NCBI RefSeq assembly: GCF_001194135.2
Contig: NC_068987.1
Coordinates: 47,734,527-47,773,359, forward strand
Length of the DNA stretch: 38,833 nt
Origin: Octopus bimaculoides
Taxonomy: Eukaryota
Direction of reading: 5' to 3'
The notes beneath the pieces were generated by a model. The model searched no databases. It was not told the DNA's origin and worked only from the letters and a program-made list of their open reading frames with translations. How positions within the stretch are numbered: the stretch's first letter is position 1; each line of letters starts with the position of its first letter. The translations under genes and the position numbers were made by a program. Positions 11,387-21,385 of the stretch are shown here, in pieces.

Positions 11387-11692
11387 TATNNNNNNNNNNN
11401 NNNNNNNNNNNNNNNNNNNNNNNNNNNNNNNNNNNNNNNNNNNNNNNNNNNNNNNNNNNNNNNNNNNNNNNNNNNNNNNNNNNNNNNNNNNNNNNNNNNN
11501 NNNNNNNNNNNNNNNNNNNNNNNNNNNNNNNNNNNNNNNNNNNNNNNNNNNNNNNNNNNNNNNNNNNNNNNNNNNNNNNNNNNNNNNNNNNNNNNNNNNN
11601 NNNNNNNNNNNNNNNNNNNNNNNNNNNNNNNNNNNNNNNNNNNNNNNNNNNNNNNNNNNNNNNNNNNNTATATATATATATATATATATATG

Positions 11693-13146
11693 GGTTGTAC
11701 TAACAAATTTAGAAAGTAGAATTTGTTTAGTAAAGGGACCACCGTAGTTCAGCAATGGAATAAAGTGGGGGCAGAGGGGCAAGTGTTGGCCTCTTTTGTG
11801 CTGTTGGAAGCATCATGGACAGACGTTAGTGAATTCGCTCCCGGGTTTGGTCATAGCAGCTGCTTATACTGGGTGACAGTGGTAGGGCAGGATCATAGGA
11901 GAGATTACTGCTAGACAGGTGTTGATGAGAAGAAGGTAGGTGAACCTCTTTTCCTTTTCCCACACACGACAAGCTATTTTAGCAACCATATACAGACGTC
12001 ATTGCCACCTACTACATGATGGCAGTGAAGATAAGGATCAGCAGTCATGTCCCTTTCTATGGTGAAAGAGACGTAGTAGCTTGGATTTGAAAGGTCAAAG
12101 TTGTGGCCAGGCTACAAAGCATCGATGATGTAGCAAGCCTCAAGGAGCTGTATTTAGAGGGAAGTGCACTGGCACTGTACCTTGAAATGAATGAAGAAGA
12201 TCAACTGAGCAGGGTAAAGATCGAGCAGCACTTGAGAGAGGCTTATGCAAAAGGAGAGTACACTGCTTTTGCTAAGCTGGGGTGGACAGGGGAACAGGTC
12301 GATGAATATTCTGCAGAGGTACGGAGGCTGGCTATGCTGTCCAGTTTTACTGGAGAGAGTCTAGAGAAGGCAGCATGACTGGCTTTTGTGAATGGCTTTC
12401 CTGAAGACGTGTCGGTGCAGCTATAACAATTGCCAGGTGGCAAAAAATGGCGATGAGTGACCTCATCATTCAAACCTGCGTGTTGACACAAAACACCAGG
12501 TGGAGGCCAGTGGTTATGGCGGTTGCAGAAGCCTATGATGCTGTGCAATAGCTGGTGAAAGACAAAAAGAAAGCTGCCATGGAACGACAGCGGCCGTTCA
12601 CAGGCTGGTGCTTTAAGTGCCAGGGACTGCATATGGCAAGGGACTGTGCGGAGCCTGGACCCATTTGCTATCGATGCAAACAGACTGGGCATATCACCCA
12701 AAATTGCAACCAGGGAAAAGATCGTGGAGAAGTTGCTGCCTCTCAAACTTCACCCATGAATGAGTAGAAGTGCTTGTGCAGTTGCTGCCCGTAGTTGAGG
12801 TCTTGGTTGGAGGGAAAGACGTTCAAAGCCCCTTGTGGATACAGGCTGCATGATGTCTCTCATGACCCAAAGGTTGACAAAGAAATGGAAGGGGACAAGT
12901 AGTGTTCAGGCAGTCAACAGCAGCAAAATTGAATGCAAGGGTAGCATCGACATGGAGATTGCAGTGCAAGGCACCACATTAAGGCTGCGGGTGATCATGA
13001 TCGACCACATGGTAGATGGGGTTGATGTGGTAATGGGAATGAACATGATCAACTGCCTTGGAGGTGTCAGTGTTGGAGGAGACATAGTTTCACTTGGTGG
13101 CGTGGGGGTATCATGCACCGTGAGTCAGGAACGTGAGAGGGAGTAG
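11693..13146 (+). mobile_element. Ty3/Gypsy LTR retrotransposon 5' part (LTR ~11693-12016, gag, protease), 3'-truncated
   Basis: The LTR-like segment ends ...CTACTACA and is followed by PBS-like TGATGGCAG. Gag FYGERDVVAW...LYLEGSALALY, zinc knuckles CFKCQGLHMARDC and CYRCKQTGHITQNC, protease LVDTGC. Interrupted by stops and frameshifts. Confidence 0.85.
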
Positions 13147-13556
13147 AGCTCTGCAAGGGGCTGCACTGTCTTTCGCTTAATTTAAAATTTTTCATATTGA
13201 AGCTACTGTTTATAACTAGTATGACCTGTGTATTTATACAATATTTAGTTGTGCTCATTTACATTGTGAGCTCAAATCTCAATACACAGTCAATACACGA
13301 AAGTACAAGCCAAATGCTGGGTCAATTTAATTGACTATACCCCTCCTCACAAAAAAAAAAAAAAAATTGTGGACTTATGCCAGTGTTAGAGATCATTGTA
13401 GTTCTGTTCAAATTCCACTGAAATTGACGTTGCCTTTTATCCTTGAAGGATTGGTGAAATAAGCACCAGTTGAACACTGGGAGTAATATAATCAACTACC
13501 ATCCTCAAATTTTACGTCTTGTACCTATAGTAGAAATCATTATTAGTAGTACTGTT

Positions 13557-13767
13557 AAGGCGGTGAGCTGGTAGAATCGTTAGCACGCCGGGCAAATGCT
13601 TAGCGCATTTCATCTGTCTTCATGTCCTGAGTTCAAATTCTGCCAAGGTCGACTTTGCCTTTCATCCTTTCGGGGTCGATAAATTAAGTACCAGTTGCGT
13701 ACTGAGGTCGATCTAATCGACTGGTCCCTACCCCCAAATGTCAGGCCTTGTGCCTAGAGTAGAAAGG
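13557..13767 (+). mobile_element. Full-length tRNA-derived SINE, subtype 1
   Basis: AAGGCGGTGAGCTGG head, GAGTTCAAATTC, central motif with intact CpGs, tail GGCCTTGTGCCTAGAGTAGAAAGG. Confidence 0.85.
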
Positions 13768-13785
13768 ATTATTAGTAGTACTGTT

Positions 13786-13996
13786 AAGGCGGCGAGTTGG
13801 TAGATTCGTTAATAAGCTAGGCAAAATGCTTAGAGGCATATCGTCCGTCTCAGGTTTAAGTTCAAATTCTGCCTAGGTCAACTTTGTCTTTCATCCTTTC
13901 GGGATCGATAAAATAAATACCAGCTGAACGCTGGGGTCGATGTAATCGACTTATCCCTTTCCCGAAATTGCTGGCCTTGTGCCAAAATTTAAAACC
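13786..13996 (+). mobile_element. Full-length tRNA-derived SINE, subtype 2
   Basis: Same head and core with a different tail, GGCCTTGTGCCAAAATTTAAAACC. Confidence 0.85.
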
Positions 13997-14639
13997 ATTA
14001 TTAGTAGTACTGTTGCATCACTGATTCCTTTACACCTCATTACTTACAATATGGTCTGTTAATTCACCTCTAAGCCATCCTTTATGTACAAATGTTTATG
14101 TTGGAGCTCATAGAAAACAGTGAAAGTGAGGAGTCAATTGTTTCATTTGAGCAACTTGATGAATAAATTTGGATATAAACCTTAGTTGTTGCTGTTGTTT
14201 AACCCGCATGCCCGCTCTGATTGCGCCATCCTATGATGACATTCCGACTATGTCTCAGTCATCGTTTTTTATACATAGTGTATATCAGATTACATTATCC
14301 AGTGTGTCCTTTTAAAAAGTGGTAGATCTGACTGCTTTTTCTAGCAGAATGAAGGGCCACTTAGAGGCCCCATCGATAGCTCATCGCAGATGTTAATTTG
14401 AATTATTGAAGCTTGGTGGATGAGAGGGTAGCATGAGAAGAAATATGATCCTAGAAAAGAAGGGTCTATAGTATAAAAACACACTGTATGAGTTGAAGTA
14501 GGTGCAACAAGTGTTCATTTAATTCCAGTTATTTATTAATGGGGATAGGTTATAACACTAGCAAGTTTGGGAAGCAGAACTTGTTTAGTTAAGGGACACC
14601 GCAGTTCGACAATACATGAAGTACGTGTATGCATGAGCG

Positions 14640-15560
14640 CAAATCTAATATTCTTTCGCTACTCTTTCACCAATTGGATAATTTCGCCTTTTTATCCAAT
14701 ATTCCATCTCTCTTTATCTCCTTTTATCCAGTAACTTCTATCGTTTCATATTTTCCTCTCTCCTTCTAAGTTTGCTTCTTACCTTCTGTATCATGCTTTA
14801 TACTATCTCCACACGCTTACTCTTTAATTATCTTTGTATCACTTCTTGCCTATTCCGGGATTTCTATGTAGTATCTTTTTTCCCCCTCTGATCCTCCCCT
14901 ACTAAACACAATTCCTTGAGTTTTTGTTATTCCTGTTTTCTCCAAATACCTTCTCCTTGTGACTCCTTTTCTCCTGCTTCACCTACTCCTCATTATATTC
15001 CAGTTCAATAGAAGATAATTCTATAATATTCCCTTATCCCAGTGATAACTTTCCTCTTTCTTTTTCTCTCTATCTATATTTTTCCACATACACACACACA
15101 CACACAAGCTCGTGTGTTCATTTGTAGTCGTTGTCCGCCTTTTAAAAAAAATTCTATAACATCTTATTTGTTCCTTCTATAATCCCCACTTTACGACTTT
15201 TTGCAAACCCCTCCTTTATTTTTTCTCTCCCTCTATATATCTTTATGTTTATCAATCTCATTTTGCTCCACACGGTCATTTTGTCAAATTACTTCTCATT
15301 TTTTTTTTCATTATTCTCTCTCTCTCTCTTTTCCATTCCGTCCATCTCTCCGCCACATTCTTAATACATCTATAATTCTTTCCTCGTCGTTTTCCTACAA
15401 TTTATTCTATTCCTCTTTATTTATCTTTATCAATCCAATTATAACTCACGCTACTCCTCCTTCTTGTCTTTCATTCTATCTACAATTCCTCCTCCTCTAT
15501 CTGTATTTATTATACTCTGTCTTTCCTCTCTTCGTTCTCCTACACCCCTCTTAATCCGTC
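14640..15560. repeat. Pyrimidine-rich low-complexity region upstream of the DHRS12-like exon
   Basis: Strong C/T bias on the + strand with no clean periodicity. Confidence 0.7.
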
Positions 15561-15716
15561 ATACTCTATCTACAGCGTACTCATAGAAGCAACTTGTAGA
15601 GGTAGCTCTCTTTCCTTCAGTCAACGGCTTGTGCAGCTGGCCAGCGCTTCACACAGCTTTCTTCTCTGCTGTTCGATTTTCCCCTTCTCTCCCTCTTGAC
15701 AACTCTCGACGAAGCA
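15560..15716 (+). promoter_or_regulatory. Putative promoter/5' UTR of the DHRS12-like gene
   Basis: CpG-rich for this window and directly upstream of the ATG. A possible acceptor CTCTTTCCTTCAG ends at 15620. TSS not determinable. Confidence 0.4.
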
Positions 15717-15772
15717 ATGTCTCTCTACCGAAACGGGGTCTGGTTCCTGAAAGGAATGAAAGAATACACGAA
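15717..15772 (+). CDS. DHRS12: First coding exon of a dehydrogenase/reductase SDR family member 12-like gene
   Basis: ATG 15717 gives MSLYRNGVWFLKGMKEYT plus AA, then donor GTGAGC at 15773 (phase 2). Recalled vertebrate DHRS12 N-terminus is MSLYRSVVWFAKGLREYTK. In-frame upstream TAG at 15603-15605 and a purine at -3. Confidence 0.75.
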
Positions 15773-16879
15773 GTGAGCTCCTTTCTATTGTATATTTTTT
15801 GTTTATCTTATATAACCTTTCCTCGATCAACTTTACTTCTTTCTTCTTCCTGTCTACTCCTATAGAGTGATGTGCATGTGCGAATGCTATCTGTGTTTTT
15901 CATCACCATCCGTTCAATATGATCATATATACCCGTATGGTTTAACCATATATACTCTTATAATTTAACCGTATTTACCTTTATTGTTTTGCCATGTATA
16001 TCCTTATAGTATAACCATATACACTCCTATAGTTTAGCTATATATACCCGTATATATTGAGTAACTGTCATTTTAAGAAACCTGGTTATGTAACGTATGG
16101 ATTCGTATGATCTTAATAGAAGGCCAAATATTTAGGTGAATAGATAGGTAGGGCCAGAGAATATACAGAGATAAATGTGTATATACGTGTATATGAGTGA
16201 AATACAAAGTACTGGATGAAGCTATAAAGATCGCCTCTGCAAGTTGTGGAGAGATCGGTCCTGTAAATTGTCTTGCAAGAATTTCTACACCCATGTCACA
16301 TTATGAAAGCTTGGGTGTTTTAATGATCCAGTTGTCGTTACGTTAAATATGCAATCACTTTGAAACTAATACACTTACCTCAACTACCACGTCTGACCTA
16401 TACTCTTACCCACAGACCAACAACCAAAGCTTCTATATACGGTCGCTCGCCCTCCTAGAAGGAGCAAGTAAAAATCTTCCTCAAGCCACACCCTGCAGAC
16501 TTTCTTTTTAAAGGGAACATTGCATAATGTAGTCCTACGACTAGGTTGTCAGTCTGGAGCATCATTGATACAGAGCTGCTCGATGAGGACTGACCTGGAG
16601 CTAATCAATAACTTATCAGCACCTGAAATCACAAATATATATTTTTTGCTCTCCGCCCACGCATTTTTTTTTTTTTTTTGTCATCTATATCTCAGAAAAG
16701 TATCTTTAAACTTATTGCATTCTGACTGAATTTGAACAGCACTATAGTGATTTTGCTTTTCAACTCTGCGAGATCGATAAGGAAGTACCAGCCATGTACT
16801 GAGGTCGATGCAATTGATTAAACACCTCTCCACAACTACGAATTTGCGACCTTGTACCGAGGTAATAAATTATTATTAA

Positions 16880-17345
16880 AGTGGCAGGAACGTTGGAGTT
16901 GCAATGTGGAAGAACGTCGGGTAAAATATTTGCGATGTTTAGTCTTTTGCTTTTTTTTTAATTTTTCATTCGGAGTGCAACTCTCGCTGAGTCGACTTTT
17001 ACCTTTCATTCTTCCAGAATCGACCGAAATAATACACCAATTATGTATTGTAGTGTCGTTGTCTAGGCGCCCTCCCAATCGAGGGCCAGTCAAACCAGTC
17101 AGATACTATGGTTGATGAACTCGACTATAACTGTGTGTCATGGAGTGGTAGAGCACCTGACCAAGTGTATTACAGTATTTAATTACGTCCCTTTATGTTC
17201 TGAGTTCAGATCCTGCTTTGGTCGACTTAGCTTTTTATTCCTCCGGGTTGCGAAAAAAGTACCAGGCAAATACTGCAAATTAATTCAATAGACTAAGCCG
17301 TTCCTCTTTAAATTTGTGACCCTGTGCTAAGGAGAGAAATCGTAA
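16880..17345 (+). mobile_element. Two tRNA-derived SINE copies retaining CpGs
   Basis: GTCGACTTTTACCTTTCATTCTTCCAGAATCGACCGAAAT and GAGTTCAGATCC...GGTCGACTTAGC cores. Confidence 0.6.
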
Positions 17346-17745
17346 TGATAATGATGATGATTATTCATTTTATCATCAACATCATTATATTGTGGCTAGC
17401 TCGGTTAGAAGTTCCTAGCAAGACGTGTTTGCGGGCTTACGTTTCCCGGTTTCAAGCTCTTAAGTGCAGTCATATGTAATATCGTTTATGTCGCTAATGG
17501 TTTTTCGGGAAAGGTATGACTAATTTAAGGTACCGGTTCCCTTCTGTCATGCAAATACAGACTTTATAGCCAGCACAGTCAAGCAAAAATTATCATTATT
17601 ATTATTTTTATTATTATTATAGTAGCTGCGCTTATTCTTCAGGTTGTTCACCCCTCGCTTGTCTAAAACTTGCTACCTTACTGCTACTGTGAACTGATTG
17701 CTATATACGTTTAGGATCTCACACATGGATATACTGAAATAAAGA

Positions 17746-17793
<48 letters not shown>

Positions 17794-18699
17794 CGATAAT
17801 TAGAGTAAGAGTTAATAGCGAGAATTTAGCTAAGCGTGTCGAAATTATATTAGTCTGCTTGCATGTTCACGGTGGCTGCCAAATTGTCTTGCAGCCTCCC
17901 ACGCAAATAGATGTTTATTGATCGATTCCAGGGGATTCTACTGTTACTACACCACCTGCACCATCACATTCTTCCTTACAGTTTATCATCATCATCGTAT
18001 TATTATAAATTCTGTAGTTTCACAAGCCCCAAAATATGTCATTTTAATATATTGCATCGCGATGCTTTAGTATTGTGCATGCGCCAAATTAAAATATTTA
18101 TTATTTAGCGATTTATGCATGTTATGTATTGTTATGCATTTGTTATATATATATATATATATATGCACACACACAAACAAGTAATGAGTTATATTTTGTC
18201 CTTGTAATGTCACTATCTTTCGCCCATGTAGGTGTAAAAGAAATCATTATTTTAATATTACAGAGCTCCTGTACTGGAGCTGTTGTTGCCCAACTTTTAC
18301 TTTCAGATATCAGTAAAGTATGTAGATATATGCAAATGATTCAGATTGAGAAATTTGTGTGGGTGGAGGCCCAGATCTGTTGCTGCTCTGTCTTATACCA
18401 GCATTGAATTGACGATTGAGCATGTACCTGTATATACATATACATAAATGTCAATATATACCATTTCTCTATACATTTATGTGTACAAATATACATGCAA
18501 ATATACATACAGACATATATAGTCAGTCAGTTGTTCATAAATCTAAAAAGAAGCACATAGGTCTAAAAAGAGGTCTAAAAAGAAGCTTCTAAAAAATTTG
18601 GTGGGTGGGCAGCAATATTTCATGTAGTCCTGGGTAAAGGCCAGTCAGAAAGTTACATTGTTACTTTCTGACTGGCCAATGACCACATAAAATCTATCT

Positions 18700-18925
18700 A
18701 ATCTATCTCTCTGTTTAATCTATCTCTCTGTTTAATCTATCTCTCTATTTAATCTGTCTCTCTATTTAATCTGTCTCTCTATTTAATCTGTCTCTCTATT
18801 TAATCTGTCTCTCTATTTAATCTGTCTCTCTGTTTAATCTGTCTCTCTATTTAATCTGTCTCTCTGTCTAATCTGTCTCACTATCTAATCTGTCTCTCTA
18901 TCTAATCTGTCTCTATCTATCTATC

Positions 18926-18930
<5 letters not shown>
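18700..18930. repeat. 17-bp minisatellite (AATCTGTCTCTCTATTT), about 13 copies, grading into (TCTA)n
   Basis: Direct reading. Confidence 0.9.
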
Positions 18931-18960
<30 letters not shown>

Positions 18961-19804
18961 TATATGAAATGAGCTATGTATATGTATATAGATGAATTTA
19001 ACAGTGTTCATGAATGCTTTCATCTCTGATTGTGTGTCTGTGTGTATCATCATCATCATCATCACTGTTCTTTTTAAAGAGCACTTTTCTATATTTCCAT
19101 GGATTGGACAGAATTCATCCAGGCAGGTTTTCTTGGGCCAGATGCCCTTCTTGTAACCAACCCTCTTTTGTTTCCAAGCAAGACAATATTTTTCCATAGC
19201 CAGACATGTTTTCAGGAAAGATTGGAAATGGATAAGGTTGCTTGAAAGACCGTAACACTCATTTATAACTATAGTGCAATGTCAAGGCAAGGAGACATAA
19301 ACACACACACATTTGGCAGGCTTCTTTCAATTCAACAAGGATAATGCTTCTTCCTGAGTGATATAGACTCATAAGATCAATTTCCTGGTTTCTATAGTGT
19401 ATATATTTCACGCTGGGTAGAGTTACTCATTTTTGACAGCTAAGTGGACTGGAGCACTGTGAAATGAAGAGTCTTGCTCAAGAACACAACACATCACCCA
19501 GTCCAAGAATTGAAACCACAATCTGATGATCATGAATCCAACACCCTAGCCATTAAGCCACATGCCTCCACTATATTTGGTGGGTTTCTTTCAATTTCTG
19601 TCTACCAAATCTACCCACAAGGCTTTGGTCAGCCTCAGACAATAGTAAAAGTCATTGCCAAGGGTGCTATGCAGTGGGATTGAACCCAGATATCACGTAT
19701 TTCCAAAGCAAACCTCCTAACCATACAGTCATGCCTATGTTTGTATGTAAATATTTGGGTTTGTGTGTGTATGTTTGTGTATAATGTATATATATAATCT
19801 TCAC

Positions 19805-20000
19805 CATCATCATTTAACGTCCATTTTCCATGCTGCCATTGGTTAGATGGTTTGAAGGGGATGGTAAGCCAGAGAGCTGCACCAGGCTCCAGTCTGTTTT
19901 GGCTTTGTTTCTATGGTTGGTTGCCCTTCCTAACACCAACCATTTAACAGAGTGTACTAGGTACCTTTTATGTGTCACCAGCACAGATGCCATTCATGCA
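19805..20000 (-). mobile_element. RTE-type 3' tail fragment or RTE-tailed SINE
   Basis: CATCATCATTTAACGTCCATTTTCCATGC...CCCTTCCTAACACCAACCA, homologous to 2009-2170. Confidence 0.75.
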
Positions 20001-21057
20001 TCCTGCAAATATTTATGTATTGGAATGTATAAGTTCAGACCTGGCTGTGTGGTTTAAGTACTTTGTTCTTTAATCACATGGTTTTGGGTTCAGTCCCACT
20101 ACATGGCACTTTGGGCAGATGTCTTCTACTATAGACTCAGACTAACCAAAAACCTTGTCAGTGGATTTGGTAGATAAATACTATGCTTTACATGTGTGTG
20201 TGTATGTCCAGGAGGTATTTGTGTTATCTTGTTATGGCCTTCAGTGTTGGCTGTTACAGTAATAGAAAATTAAAGAGAGGAGAGTATATATATGTATACA
20301 AGAAAAAGGGATTAGTGTTTATAAATGTAGTAAGATTATCTTAGAAAGATATAGAAAAAAAAAAACTATTTCAATTCTTTAAGGTCTTAGGAGTATCTAT
20401 ATCTGTGGAGAAGGAAAGTAGTAAAGTTAATTTTCTGGATATTAATTTGGACCTCTGTATGGAGGCTACATCATCCATGCTACAAGCCAAATTAAAAACC
20501 TCAAATATGTGAGTTGAGAATCCAATCATCCAAAAACAATTATAAATTCTATCATTAGGAGTATCTCCCTTAGAATCTCTGAACTTTCTGCTCATGAAAA
20601 AATACTTAAACAAAATGAGAAATACTATAACCTAGCCTTGCCTGAAGCTGATTATAAGGAAAAACAATTATTATATTTGTAATGGTGTAATTAAGGATAT
20701 AGATGTAATGGAATTGATGAATAATGATAGAGATCACCATAACAGTAAAAACAAAAACACTAAGGCATATTTTAACAATAGAAATAAGAGGATAAGCCTT
20801 ATTAATAATGGGAAAGGTGATACAGTTGTGTAACTGTAAAAAACTATAATTAAAGGAAACAGTGATATGAAGCGAAAGAATAGCAGTGTGAACCTAGATA
20901 GCAAAAGAAGACCATTATAGCATCTAAGTAACATATGAATTATGATAGCAATAATAATAATGATGTTGATAGTAATAATAATGATGGTGGTAATAATGTG
21001 GATAGTAATAAAGATGGTAATAATGGGAGTTCTTATAAAAGAAAGAACAGTAAGTAT

Positions 21058-21248
21058 TAAATAAGTCTGACAACTCTTTGTTTTCACCAATACATTATTT
21101 ACGTAGATTGAAGCAATGACAAAAATGGTCTTCAGTATACCTGAAATGTGAAGGAAAAGATGATGGATAATGAAACGAATAATGTATGGCAAATTGAATG
21201 TAATGTAATGAATGATAATATATGTGTGTTTGGTTGTAATCCCGTATG
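21058..21248 (-). repeat. 3' LTR
   Basis: About 185-bp direct repeat of 24860-25044, roughly 21 mismatches by hand. Confidence 0.85.
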
Positions 21249-21385
21249 CTCTCCCCAAGTCTTGGGAGGAAAGCAAAGAAGACTGATAATATGTAGTAAA
21301 TGGTTAATGAAGACGGGATTAGTGTGAGACACAGTTAGTTAATGCTGATGGTGTGACGATCAAGGTGCAAAGTGTCAGTTGTGCA

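Noticed and set aside
13557-13660. tRNA gene suggested by A/B-box-like motifs
   Set aside because: No cloverleaf. It is the head of a multi-copy SINE.
15621-15830. 69-aa minus-strand ORF
   Set aside because: It is antisense to the DHRS12-like exon and UTR and has no recognisable homology.
20734-21276. 180-aa hydrophobic minus-strand ORF resembling a membrane protein, also 25450-25729
   Set aside because: It is the antisense or off-frame reading of AAT-rich tracts and an LTR.
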